Origin: a virus
Taxonomy: Duplodnaviria; Caudoviricetes
Strand: one strand, 5' to 3'
IMG/VR virus record: IMGVR_UViG_2671180089_000001
Coordinates: 62,325 to 126,324 of that record
DNA: 64,000 nucleotides
Below are positions 43,479 to 52,637 of this stretch, one piece after another. The translations under genes were made by a program, and so were the position numbers. The notes below the pieces were generated by a model. That model searched no databases. It was not told the origin of the DNA and was given only the letters and a program-made list of their open reading frames with translations. Positions within the stretch are counted from its first letter, which is position 1; every line of letters begins with the position of its first letter.

Positions 43479-43694
43479 GGTGCTGTCCCTGATGGTCGGT
43501 GACGGTCACGGCACTGAAGGTGAGGATCGGGGCCGGCCGCATACCCCCCCACGGATCGCGGCCGGGGCGCGCAAGCGCGCCGCTCCCGGGTGTCTTCTGA
43601 CCCGGGCACACTCGCTATGCGGCCCAGCCAGAAGGCAGGATTCCCGGACGCCCCCGGGTCTGATGGCACGCCCTCTCAGGGGCATGCGGGTCGG

Positions 43695-44156
43695 TCAGCT
43701 GGCCATGGCGCTGGAGTCCTTCTGCTCACGCTGGACGGACCGGTAGGCGACCGTGAGGGCGTCGTTAACGGTGCCGAGATGCCGCTCGCCGTGAACAGCC
43801 TCCGACTCCCGGACAGACCCGAAGCGCTGCCAGTAGTCACGCACGCACTTGGTACGCATCAGAAGGTCGGCGTAGAAACGCATCTGGGGGGTCGAATCGA
43901 CGCCCAGCCGGTGCCGGAGCGAGTGCGTGCCCAGCGCCAGATTGGCGCTCATCAGCGTCACGTACTTCGTAGCGCTCATGTCGTCCGGCTTCCACGCTTC
44001 GGCCAGCTCGGGGTTGGCCATGATCCGGTCCATCGCCCGCTCCTGGCGGTCAGCCGTCGCGACGTCGAGGAGCTGCCGGTGGTGCCGATCGCGCTGGACG
44101 AGACAGGCACCGGCCAGTGCGGTGAGGGCGAGCAGAGCAACGCGTTCGAACTTCAT
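43695..44156 (-). CDS. Hypothetical protein (DUF6082-like)
   Basis: N-terminal TM helix, NPELAEAW, RDYW. Confidence 0.6.
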   Translation of the reverse strand: MKFERVALLALTALAGACLVQRDRHHRQLLDVATADRQERAMDRIMANPELAEAWKPDDMSATKYVTLMSANLALGTHSLRHRLGVDSTPQMRFYADLLMRTKCVRDYWQRFGSVRESEAVHGERHLGTVNDALTVAYRSVQREQKDSSAMAS

Positions 44157-44692
44157 GTGGCGCCTTTCGGAACAGTGGTCGAATTCGGAGGCTGTAGGGA
44201 CAGTGGCGGTTGCTGGAGCCAGGCCAACGGCAGGAAGGCGACGAACGCGAGCCGTTCAGCAAGTCGGCGCAGCAGGTGTTCGTAGGCGAAGCTGCTGGCC
44301 GGCATGGCCGCTCGGGTGGTCGTGAGAATCCCGTGCACGAAGCCGCGGCTGATGGCCTGGCAGGCCGCGTCCAGCTCCGGCCGCTCCACATTGCCGGGCG
44401 GCCTGATGCTGGCGGCGGGGTACTCGATGAAAGGGACGCGGTAAACGCCCCAGTCCCGCGTCCAGGCGAACCGCACGAGGGCAGCATGAGTGGCCTCCAC
44501 GTCGACCCCCGGCTCGGCCAGGACGTACGTGGCGACGCTGACGGTCCGGCTCGCCGGGATGGCGGCCAGGGCACTTGTGAGGTAGCTCCGGCGAAGGTTC
44601 GCGAGGCGTGCCTCGTCGGTCTGCCGCATCCGCGGTTGGCCGTAGTCCGGCCAACCGTCCGCGATCTCATCGGGTGGTACAGCTTCCAGCAC
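44153..44692 (-). CDS. Hypothetical protein with degenerate resolvase-N-like fold
   Basis: ERPEL..A...I..G.V.GI pattern without a catalytic Ser motif. Confidence 0.45.
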   Translation of the reverse strand: MLEAVPPDEIADGWPDYGQPRMRQTDEARLANLRRSYLTSALAAIPASRTVSVATYVLAEPGVDVEATHAALVRFAWTRDWGVYRVPFIEYPAASIRPPGNVERPELDAACQAISRGFVHGILTTTRAAMPASSFAYEHLLRRLAERLAFVAFLPLAWLQQPPLSLQPPNSTTVPKGAT

Positions 44693-44806
44693 GGAATTCT
44701 CCAGTACGGGCCCCTGGTACCGGGGCCGAGGCGGCAGCCCGGCACCAGGGGGTCAGCCCGTGCTCGCCGACATCCGGGGAGACGGGTGGGGTCGGCGAGC
44801 ACGGAG

Positions 44807-45355
44807 TCAGTGGGTCGAGCCGATTCGGGCCGCGAGGTCGCGGTGGGGGGCCGGCTCGGGCCGGGCCTGTATCAGCGCCTGGCGCAGCGGATCGGCAGGG
44901 ACCAGCCGGTCACTGCGCGGCGGGCGCAGCCAGAACGGGCCCGGCGGGGCGCTGCGGTTCAGCGGGGGCACGGTGAGGGTGTGCGGAGCGCCGAGGCACA
45001 CCGCGTACGAGTGCCACGCCCAACGATGGCTCGTGCCCGGAGGGACCAGCCAGTACAACCATCCGGCGGGGTCCTGGATGACCGGCCCGCACCCACCCTG
45101 CTGCACGTCCATCCGCTCCAGCGCTTCGGCGGCCCCGTTGGCGCCGGTGATGACGACGTCGAACAGTCCGCCGCCCAACTGCAAGCGCGTCTGCCGCTGC
45201 GCCTGGACGCTGAGCAGGGCTCGTAGGCGGGCGGCGAGATCCGCCATGTCAGCGGCTGGCTGGCGATCCGGTCCGGCAGCCGCGTCCAGGCGCCCGGTGA
45301 TCTCGGCGGCCGTCGGCATCTCGGCGACTGCCGGCGGAAGGGTGAGGATGGTCAT
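44807..45355 (-). CDS. Hypothetical protein commonly paired with HATPase genes
   Basis: GPVI.DP...LYWLVPPG...LG....L.VP...PPGP.WL pattern; ATGA-coupled. Confidence 0.6.
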   Translation of the reverse strand: MTILTLPPAVAEMPTAAEITGRLDAAAGPDRQPAADMADLAARLRALLSVQAQRQTRLQLGGGLFDVVITGANGAAEALERMDVQQGGCGPVIQDPAGWLYWLVPPGTSHRWAWHSYAVCLGAPHTLTVPPLNRSAPPGPFWLRPPRSDRLVPADPLRQALIQARPEPAPHRDLAARIGSTH

Positions 45356-45903
45356 GGTGCCACCAGGCCCGGGCGCAGGGTGGTGCGTACGCGGTTCTCG
45401 GCCGGGAGGGCCGATTGCGCCTCGCGTAAGACCGTGGGGGGGAGCGGCATCATGGAGGGTCCTTCAAGCAAGGGAAGGCGGCACCAGGTGGTGGTGCCGT
45501 CCGGGCTGACGCCCCACTCGGCGGCCAGGGACTCGACGAGGAAGAGGCCGCGGCCGCCTTCGTCGTCGGGCTGCGCGTGGCGGAGTTGGGGGCGGGCGGG
45601 GGAGCCGTCGTCGACTTCGATCACCAGTCGGTCATCCCGGAAAAAGATCCGGACGCCGATCTCGCAGCCCTTGCCGTGGCGGAGGGCGTTCGTCGCGAGT
45701 TCCGTCAGCATGAGCTCCGCCGTGTCGACCAGGTCGGGCCGGCCGTAGTAGGTCAGGCTCGCCCGGACGATACGCCGGAGGCGCTTCGGCCAGGCGGCGT
45801 CCGAGGCGGAGAGCCCGCCGGCATCAGGGTCGGGGTGCCGCTCGATGGAGAGTTCGAGGGCCGTCCGGAAGCCTTCCTGCTGCGCGAACGCACGGGATGT
45901 CAT
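45352..45903 (-). CDS. ATP-binding protein (HATPase_c, RsbW/AbaA-like)
   Basis: ELATNALRH, EVDDG, GGRGLFLV and WGV...GTT.W motifs. Confidence 0.88.
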   Translation of the reverse strand: MTSRAFAQQEGFRTALELSIERHPDPDAGGLSASDAAWPKRLRRIVRASLTYYGRPDLVDTAELMLTELATNALRHGKGCEIGVRIFFRDDRLVIEVDDGSPARPQLRHAQPDDEGGRGLFLVESLAAEWGVSPDGTTTWCRLPLLEGPSMMPLPPTVLREAQSALPAENRVRTTLRPGLVAP

Positions 45904-46010
45904 GCCGAAACCTCCGGACGGCCTGGTGAGGGGACACACACGGCTGGAGGCATAGCGAAGTCGGAACGCCGACCGCTGTTAGTCACGCTGCGCCGTGGCT
46001 CAACTACTGT

Positions 46011-46036
46011 GTTGCATGGCACAGTTGATATGCAAC
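46011..46036. promoter_or_regulatory. Inverted repeat in AT-richer divergent promoter region
   Basis: GTTGCAT-N12-ATGCAAC between divergent HATPase and Xre genes. Confidence 0.5.
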
Positions 46037-46248
46037 GCCGCATGCAATTTTCACGACGAATGGCATATGCAGTGCACTGGACTCTTGGCTGTGCAAGGCG
46101 AACTTGGGGTGGCACACTTCCAACTCGAGCAGGGTCAAGGGGCACTTGGGGAGGCTCGAACCGGACTCCGGGAAGCACGGACCGGGCTCGGGTATGAGCT
46201 GACCCAACTCGATCGGCGCGTGCCTCGGCACGACAGAGGGGATGACGA

Positions 46249-47130
46249 GTGGCCGCACCGAAGGGGCCGACGAGCAGGCGGGTGCACCTGGGCAAGGTGC
46301 TCACGAGGATGAGGGAGGACCTTGGGAAGCGGCGCGAAGATGTCGCCGTGGCCTTGGGTTTCTCCCCCGAGAAGCTGTGGCGCGTAGAGAAGGGCAGGAC
46401 CAGCCTGCCGAACCCGGGCGACCTGAAAAAGCTCCTTGCCCACTACGAGGTCGAGGATTCCGAGGTCGTGGAGAGCCTCCTCGTCATCCACCGGGACTCC
46501 CTGCGAGAGGGCTGGTGGGTGCCGTACTCCGCGCACCTGCCGAAGGGCATGCGCGAGTACGTGGGCATGGAGGCTGACGCCCTGTCGATCGCGGCGTGGC
46601 AGCCGTCTCTCGTCTTTGGCCTCCTGCAGACGGAGCGGTACGCACGCGAGCTGCTGCTGTCCGCGAAGTCCATCGACGAGACGACCACTGAGTTCATGGA
46701 CGCGAACGTCCAAGTCCGCATGGCGCGCAAATCGCTCATCACCAAGGAAGACCCGCGGGAATTGTGGGTCATCATGGGCGAGGAGGTTCTTCGCAGCACG
46801 ATCGGCAGCCCCGAGGTGATGGCTGAGCAGTTCGAGGAGATCAAGCGTCTCGCCGCCCTGGACACCGTGACCGTGCAGATACTGCCGGCGGCGTCCACCG
46901 GATACCGCGCCAGCCAGAACTTCGCACTGCTGGACATGGGCGAACCGCTGGGCAAGATCGTCCAGGCTGACCAGCCCGGCGGGCAGGCCAGCATCACCGA
47001 CAAGAGGCCCGACGTCGGCAAGTACACCCGCAGGTTCGAAGGCCTGCGGGCCGCGGCGCTCGCACCCAACGAGACGCCAACCTTTATTGACGAGGTCCAC
47101 CGGGACCTGAAACGAAAGTTGACAAAGTGA
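46249..47130 (+). CDS. Xre-family HTH regulator with DUF5753 domain (WhiJ/Scr1-like)
   Basis: N-terminal HTH, GWW..Y, GLLQT..YA and VTVQILP motifs. Confidence 0.9.
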   Translation: MAAPKGPTSRRVHLGKVLTRMREDLGKRREDVAVALGFSPEKLWRVEKGRTSLPNPGDLKKLLAHYEVEDSEVVESLLVIHRDSLREGWWVPYSAHLPKGMREYVGMEADALSIAAWQPSLVFGLLQTERYARELLLSAKSIDETTTEFMDANVQVRMARKSLITKEDPRELWVIMGEEVLRSTIGSPEVMAEQFEEIKRLAALDTVTVQILPAASTGYRASQNFALLDMGEPLGKIVQADQPGGQASITDKRPDVGKYTRRFEGLRAAALAPNETPTFIDEVHRDLKRKLTK

Positions 47131-47369
47131 ACCGTATTCGCAAGTCCACCGACCTGGCGCCGGAAAAGGCCTGGTTCAAGTCGTCCTACAGCAGCGGCGC
47201 GGAAGGCAACTGCGTTGAGGCCGCCGACCTGGAGGCAGTTGCCAACGTCGCCGCCGTCGGCGTGCGTGACTCGAAGGACAAGACGGGCCCCGCGCTCCAC
47301 TTCCCGAAGACGTCGTGGTCCACGTTCGTGACCCGCGTCCGTGAGGGTGTTCTCGACCCGCGCGCCTGA
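47127..47369 (+). CDS. DUF397 protein (Scr2/BldB-like partner)
   Basis: WFKSSYS...NCVE...VRDSK...W..F. Confidence 0.92.
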   Translation: MNRIRKSTDLAPEKAWFKSSYSSGAEGNCVEAADLEAVANVAAVGVRDSKDKTGPALHFPKTSWSTFVTRVREGVLDPRA

Positions 47370-47576
47370 TCAGGAGCGCAACGCATAGGCATGGCGGTCC
47401 CCCTCAGACACGTTGGGGGGGACCGCCATCGTCCTTACCACCCGGCACCGGCATGAACGGCGCGAGACGGAGCCCAGTGTAGGTCTGGCATGCGAAATTT
47501 GTTCGGCTGTCACCCATGTCTGCGAGTCCGTTCGCAGATCCTGCACACGCGGGCCACCCAGACGAGGAAAACGGCG

Positions 47577-47789
47577 ATGAACCTGTTGAAGCTGCTGCTC
47601 GAGGCGATCATCTCCAACCGCGAGCCCGACGCCCTCCCCCGCTCGAAGGTCTACCGCTGGCACTGCAAAACATGCGGCGACAGGTATAGCGGCTCCAACC
47701 GTCAGCATGTCGGGCACGTCGCTATCTCGCACCGGCGGCGAAAGGGCGGCAAGTGCCGGACGCCGAAGGTGTACGCCTCCGAGGTGTGA
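47577..47789 (+). CDS. Small basic zinc-finger-like protein
   Basis: GAGG RBS; CKTC...H...H...C. Confidence 0.5.
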   Translation: MNLLKLLLEAIISNREPDALPRSKVYRWHCKTCGDRYSGSNRQHVGHVAISHRRRKGGKCRTPKVYASEV

Positions 47790-47825
47790 CAGCGCCGGAA
47801 GGCGGTGGTGTTCAGCGGCCGCGGC

Positions 47826-48908
47826 TTAGTCGACCGGCGGGGTGTGCACGGGGACCTTGTTGAAGATGTCACGCGCCGCGTCCTTGGCCGGGCGTACGTA
47901 CCGCTCACGGGGGATGCGGGAACCCTTTGCCCAGCGGCCGGCTGTCTCGAGTTCTTCGTCGGTCGCCTCGTTCTCGCCGAGGTCGGTGGCGCCGCCGGCG
48001 CGGAGGCTGTGGGAGGAGACAGGGCGGCCGTCGGTCACAAGGCCGGCCGCGCTGAACCACTTTTTCACCCGCTCGTTGACCGTCTGCGGCCGCAGGTAGT
48101 CAACGTGCTCCGGCTCCCGTTTACGCGTCTTCATCGCTCTGGTCTCCTGCGATGCCACCTTGCCGCTCCGCAGAACCTCCCGAAACAACGGCCCGCACGT
48201 GATTCCTTGCTCTGCGAGGTAGTCGAGCCAGCGGCGCAGCCGGAAGACGAGCTGAAGGTCCGGGCGGTCATGAAGGACTAGCGTCTGCTCCTCGTTCTTG
48301 TGGGTCTTGTCCTCCGCCAGCCACACGAAGACCTTCGTGTCGGTGATCGTCAGGTCCTCGATGTCCAGGGTGACGTCCTCGATCGACCGGCCGAGGAATC
48401 GGTAGCCGAAGGCGAGCATAGCGGCGTCACGCCAACCGATCGGGCGGCCATCTGCTTCGGCCTTCTCCATCATCGGGACCAGGTACGGCAACGTGATCGG
48501 GAAGGCTTCCTTCCGGCGTAGGGCCCGTTTGTTCTTCTTCCGGTACTGGCGCAGAAGTAGCAGGTAGAGACTGCTGTCGGGCTGCTGCCCAGGCGGCATC
48601 GACGTCCTGATCAACGACATGTAGTTCTTGATCGTTGATACCTTCAGGCCCTTTTTGATCAGGTGGTGGCCGTACTCGGTGTACGTGAACGTGTCACAGG
48701 GGATTGCGGGAAGATTCTGCTCTGCGCACCATTTCTCGAACCCGTTCATTGCCGTACGTCGGGGAGCAGAGCCCTCCTCTGCCGCCTCCTTGAGAGCTTG
48801 AGCGGTCTCCGGGTTGAGCTTGCGATTGCGGCTGCTGATGGCGGGCAGCAGTTCCCCGTCCTCGACGAGCTCGGCGTCGACAACCTCGTCGTCGTTGTGG
48901 ATGCTCAC
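47826..48908 (-). CDS. Tyrosine recombinase (Cre-like)
   Basis: RDAAML, GR, KT, HSLRAG and GRW...RY catalytic pattern. Confidence 0.88.
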   Translation of the reverse strand: MSIHNDDEVVDAELVEDGELLPAISSRNRKLNPETAQALKEAAEEGSAPRRTAMNGFEKWCAEQNLPAIPCDTFTYTEYGHHLIKKGLKVSTIKNYMSLIRTSMPPGQQPDSSLYLLLLRQYRKKNKRALRRKEAFPITLPYLVPMMEKAEADGRPIGWRDAAMLAFGYRFLGRSIEDVTLDIEDLTITDTKVFVWLAEDKTHKNEEQTLVLHDRPDLQLVFRLRRWLDYLAEQGITCGPLFREVLRSGKVASQETRAMKTRKREPEHVDYLRPQTVNERVKKWFSAAGLVTDGRPVSSHSLRAGGATDLGENEATDEELETAGRWAKGSRIPRERYVRPAKDAARDIFNKVPVHTPPVD

Positions 48909-49270
48909 GCGGCCGGCTCCCGGACTTCGGCGATGGTCTGGCCGTCGACGGCCCGGAAGGCGTGCCCGCACGGGGTCAGCGTGATGAGACTGGCGATGGT
49001 CTGGTGCCCCGGCCACATGATTCGCGGGGTCTCAACGGTGATGGGGGAGACGGCGATGATGTTGTCCTGAAACATCTCGTTGATGGCCTCCTGGCACTGC
49101 GGGCACCATGCCTCGGCCACTGGCCCGCCCGCCGGGCCGACGGCCTGGATGGGGCCAGGAAGGTCCGGCGCCTCCTCGTACCGCTCGACGACGTCAGGGT
49201 CCGTCTCGATCTCGGCGCCCGGCCACAGTCTCGGCCCCAGGTCGCTCGCACGTCGCTTTCGGAGCTTCAT
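48905..49270 (-). CDS. Hypothetical Zn-ribbon protein
   Basis: CPQC...PCGH; overlapping start/stop chain. Confidence 0.55.
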   Translation of the reverse strand: MKLRKRRASDLGPRLWPGAEIETDPDVVERYEEAPDLPGPIQAVGPAGGPVAEAWCPQCQEAINEMFQDNIIAVSPITVETPRIMWPGHQTIASLITLTPCGHAFRAVDGQTIAEVREPAA

Positions 49271-49785
49271 CAGTCCCCCCACTTCCAGCAGTCGGGTGTG
49301 CAGTCCTCCGGCAGGTGGTACGCCGCCGGCTGGCCGGACAGCAGGGTGCGGTAGTCGACGTGCGCGCCGGCGTTCTGGAGTTCGGTTGCCTTCGGGGCCT
49401 GCCAGAAGTGCCCGCCGCCGTGCCCCTCGGCCGCGGCCCACCCGTTGGGGATCCGCTTCACGCAGGGGTGCCCGGTCTCCGGGGCTGAGACGGGGCACGG
49501 CATGGTGCCGTCGGAGATCGGTTCGGGGTAGTCGGCATGTGCCTTCCACGGGGAGGCCTGGTTCCGGAGCCCCCAGAGCAGGTCTGCCGCCTGCTCCTGG
49601 TCGCCGCGGTGCAGCGCGTCGACCAGGTCGTCGTGCTCCTTCTTCGCGGCGCAGTACTTCTGTCGGTACTCCTCCATGGCCGGCGTGCTGTCCGTCGTCG
49701 GGTACTTGGTGCGCAGCTCCTCGTCGAGGCGCGCGTCGATGAACTCGTAGAAGGCGAGTCCGGTCTGCTCGTCGACGGCGGTCAC
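49270..49785 (-). CDS. Hypothetical protein (DUF6221-like N-terminus)
   Basis: FIDARLDEE...AKK...HADY pattern. Confidence 0.5.
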   Translation of the reverse strand: MTAVDEQTGLAFYEFIDARLDEELRTKYPTTDSTPAMEEYRQKYCAAKKEHDDLVDALHRGDQEQAADLLWGLRNQASPWKAHADYPEPISDGTMPCPVSAPETGHPCVKRIPNGWAAAEGHGGGHFWQAPKATELQNAGAHVDYRTLLSGQPAAYHLPEDCTPDCWKWGD

Positions 49786-50270
49786 TGGCCCCTCCCCGGC
49801 ATGGCCACGGTGATGGGGCAGACCAGCGCGTACATGCGGCCGGCGTCCACGGCGTCCGCGATTCCGTGCGGGTCGGTGATGTCCCCGGCGAGCGCGATGA
49901 ACATGCTGTTCTTCTTGGCGCTGCGGCGCCAGGTCCTCGAGCTGTTGAGGGTGCCCTGGTAGAAGGGCACACCGTCGGGATTCCACATGATCAGTTCGTC
50001 GGTGGCGACATCGAGGACGGCGGACCACCCGGGGGCGCGGTTCGCCCACCCCGGAAAGTCGTTGAACTCCGCCCAGCCGTCCGTACGGAGGCCGTGCAGG
50101 AACGGGTCCGGCCCGGCGCTGCCGTCCGTCCCGAACGTCTCGAGCCGCTGCTCGGCGGCGAAGACGATGCGGGGCATGCTGTCGCGGTCGTCTATCCACG
50201 CTTGCATGCCCAGGTCCAGGTCGGACGCCGGGCCGGACAGGTCGACGGAGTACATCGTGTTCGGATCCAT
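49782..50270 (-). CDS. Hypothetical protein
   Basis: GGAGG RBS; coupled to neighbours. Confidence 0.55.
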   Translation of the reverse strand: MDPNTMYSVDLSGPASDLDLGMQAWIDDRDSMPRIVFAAEQRLETFGTDGSAGPDPFLHGLRTDGWAEFNDFPGWANRAPGWSAVLDVATDELIMWNPDGVPFYQGTLNSSRTWRRSAKKNSMFIALAGDITDPHGIADAVDAGRMYALVCPITVAMPGRGQ

Positions 50271-50272
50271 CG

Positions 50273-50602
50273 TCACGCCTCCTGCGGTACGCGGGCGCAC
50301 GGGTCGGCGACCGGTGTTGCGGCGACCCAGCCGGCCGCCGTGGCGTACTCCATGTTCGAGGTGGCATGGCGTCGCGCCGGCAGCTCCTCGCCGTCGAACT
50401 GGACCATCAGGTACTGGCCGGAGGTGTCGACGATCGTCCCCTCCTGGCCGTGGCTGCATACGCGCCCGTCGATCGCGACACGGATGCCGTGGCGCTGCTC
50501 GAGGGCGTAGTAGCGGCGGATGTAGTCCAGGTCAGCAGCCTGGCGGCGCTGGTTCTGGTACTCGGCGGCCGCGGGGTCGTCGAAGTCTTCGTCGTGGTTC
50601 AT
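50273..50602 (-). CDS. Hypothetical SH3-like phage protein
   Basis: DYIRRYY...GTIV....YL.V.FDG...H pattern. Confidence 0.55.
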   Translation of the reverse strand: MNHDEDFDDPAAAEYQNQRRQAADLDYIRRYYALEQRHGIRVAIDGRVCSHGQEGTIVDTSGQYLMVQFDGEELPARRHATSNMEYATAAGWVAATPVADPCARVPQEA

Positions 50603-50907
50603 GTGTGCACTCCGGGGTCTACGGGGGAGCGGCCTTCGGCGACTTGTTGCAGGTAGAGGCTCAGCCACTCGCGGGCTCGCTCCTTGCCCATGGGGGCCAT
50701 GCCCATGCTGAACTCTGAGAGCGCGTGAAGGATGACGGCCTCGACGGCGTACGGCTCCCGGTTGCGGATGTCCTCGAGGACGTCGCCGGTCTGGATGGCG
50801 TCGGAGGGGATCTTGCCTGCGCTGATCGCGCCCGGCGGGAGCGGCTCGGTCACGGCTGCCCCCCGCAGCCCCTGCTGGAGCAGTCGCTCCACTTCCTCAG
50901 CTGTCAC
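50599..50907 (-). CDS. Hypothetical protein
   Basis: GTGA/ATGA overlaps on both sides. Confidence 0.5.
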   Translation of the reverse strand: MTAEEVERLLQQGLRGAAVTEPLPPGAISAGKIPSDAIQTGDVLEDIRNREPYAVEAVILHALSEFSMGMAPMGKERAREWLSLYLQQVAEGRSPVDPGVHT

Positions 50908-51365
50908 GCGATCTCCTCAGTGTCGTACGCGAAGGCGGTGAAGACGGTGAGCCACGGGCGCATCAAGTCCCGATGTGTCGTCTCGGGTACGCAGTCTCCT
51001 GCGATGGCCGCCGTGAGAGCGCCGCAGAACGCGTCGTGAGCGTCCCAGAACGCGCCGCCCCTCGACCACACGTGGTCGGCGGCCTCATCGCACGCGTCCC
51101 AAGTGGTACTCCAATCGACAAGCCCAGCCTGGGAAACCGCCTCGTGGGCTACCTCCAGGTCAAGGTCAAAGTTCGGCCCCGGGGCGCAGTCGGCGATTTT
51201 CTCTGCCTGCTCCTGCGTGAGGTCGATCGCCTGCTGGAGGACGGTCTTCGCGGCCTTCCAGTTCGGCCCGAACCACTTGGCGTGCTCGTCGTCGGTAGCG
51301 TCCTCGTGCCAGTTCGGCCCGAACAACTTGGCGAGCTCGTCGTCGGTAGTGTCCTCGTGGCTCAT
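50904..51365 (-). CDS. Hypothetical protein with N-terminal 17-aa tandem duplication
   Basis: GGAG RBS; HEDxTDDExAKxFGPNW x2. Confidence 0.6.
   Translation of the reverse strand: MSHEDTTDDELAKLFGPNWHEDATDDEHAKWFGPNWKAAKTVLQQAIDLTQEQAEKIADCAPGPNFDLDLEVAHEAVSQAGLVDWSTTWDACDEAADHVWSRGGAFWDAHDAFCGALTAAIAGDCVPETTHRDLMRPWLTVFTAFAYDTEEIA
51258..51359. repeat. 51-bp tandem duplication (2 copies, 3 mismatches)
   Basis: 51258-51308 versus 51309-51359. Confidence 0.95.
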
Positions 51366-51498
51366 GGGCGCGCTCCTCGATGCCGGGGTGGTGTTCTGAT
51401 GTCGGCCCTCATCAGAGATTTCAGTCGTCGGCGCCCTGACCTGGGCACTGAAGTCTTCCGCGCGGTGGCTGACTGGCAGTCTGGCGCACGGAATACTA

Positions 51499-51545
51499 CC
51501 GACAACAATCCGAATTGTTGTCGGCTACTTACGGGTAACCCCGTA
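51499..51545. promoter_or_regulatory. Operator-like inverted repeats in divergent promoter region
   Basis: CCGACAACAAT-ccga-ATTGTTGTCGG and TACGGG-taac-CCCGTA. Confidence 0.65.
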
Positions 51546-51601
51546 GAGTCTTCCTCGAAGGCGGAGAGCACCGCCTGAAACCACGAAGAGGGAGCACCCC
51601 G

Positions 51602-51886
51602 ATGCCGCACTGGCTCGGCAAGTTGAAGCTCGCCGCGTACGCCCTCGGCCTCCTGGCCGTCGCGCATCCGGCCATCGTCTCGCCCACCGTCGCAACTCTC
51701 GGCGTACTGGCCGGAGTTGTCTTCGCGGTCGTGGGCTGGTTCCTCGCGCACATGGCGCTCACGCTCACGCTCGCCGCCGGCGTTCTGCTGGCGCAGGCGT
51801 TCCCCGGCCGGCTCGGCAACGCAGCACGGTGGTTCGGCCGCGCCTGGGACACATCGATCGACGCCATCCTGCCGGTGAAGGCGTAA
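51602..51886 (+). CDS. Small membrane protein
   Basis: Hydrophobic, GGGAG RBS. Confidence 0.6.
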   Translation: MPHWLGKLKLAAYALGLLAVAHPAIVSPTVATLGVLAGVVFAVVGWFLAHMALTLTLAAGVLLAQAFPGRLGNAARWFGRAWDTSIDAILPVKA

Positions 51887-51962
51887 CAACCCGGCTGTTC
51901 GACGCGTTCGATTCTTCGCTCAGAACGATTCTCCGCTCAGCCCTGCCGAGGAGTAGATCCGC

Positions 51963-52553
51963 ATGCCCGAGTTCACGCCCGCTGTCGAAACCCTCCTGCG
52001 CACCATCGCGGAGGCCGGCGACACCGGCGCCCAGTTCAAGGTGGAGCCCCGGCTCCGCTACCGACTCTCCGGAACCGAGTACGTCGTCAATCAGCGCTCG
52101 TTCTACCCGCTGACCACCAACGGGTACGTCACGGACGGTGGCGACGACATGGCCCCCGTGAAGCTCACCGACCGCGGCCGCGAGTGGATCCGGCAGCACC
52201 CCGTGCCGCGCGGAGGTTCCCGCGGGCCTTACCGTCCGCACAAGCCGCGGTCCGCTCGCCAGGACCCGGCGCCACGCCCGGCACGGTTCGCGTACGCCGG
52301 AGGATTCACCGCGGAGATCGCGGAGCGCGTGGTCGTAATCACCTGCCCTGACAACGGAGTTGGCGGCGCCACCCTCCCGGCCGACGGGTGGGAACAGCGC
52401 GCCATCGACAGGCACCCCACGCTGCACAACGTGGAGGGCCCGGTGGTCTCCGGCGCCTACGCGCTGCACTGGCGCGAGGACCCGCGGACCGACGCCGACC
52501 TGTTGATCCAGTCCCTCGCCATCGTCCGGGCCGAACCTGCGCGCAAGTCCTGA
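51963..52553 (+). CDS. Hypothetical protein (winged-helix-like N-terminus)
   Basis: GAGGAG RBS; LTDRGREW wing motif. Confidence 0.55.
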   Translation: MPEFTPAVETLLRTIAEAGDTGAQFKVEPRLRYRLSGTEYVVNQRSFYPLTTNGYVTDGGDDMAPVKLTDRGREWIRQHPVPRGGSRGPYRPHKPRSARQDPAPRPARFAYAGGFTAEIAERVVVITCPDNGVGGATLPADGWEQRAIDRHPTLHNVEGPVVSGAYALHWREDPRTDADLLIQSLAIVRAEPARKS

Positions 52554-52637
52554 CCTCACCGTACGTAGTCCCCCGGCGTCCGTCGCGGCGCCGCGCGGCG
52601 GAGAGCACCGCCGTAACCCGAAGAGAGGAACCCCTCG

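Noticed and set aside
47370-47830. attP/attL site or tRNA downstream of the recombinase
   Set aside because: No tRNA fold or duplicated core sequence seen; element-type genes continue on both sides
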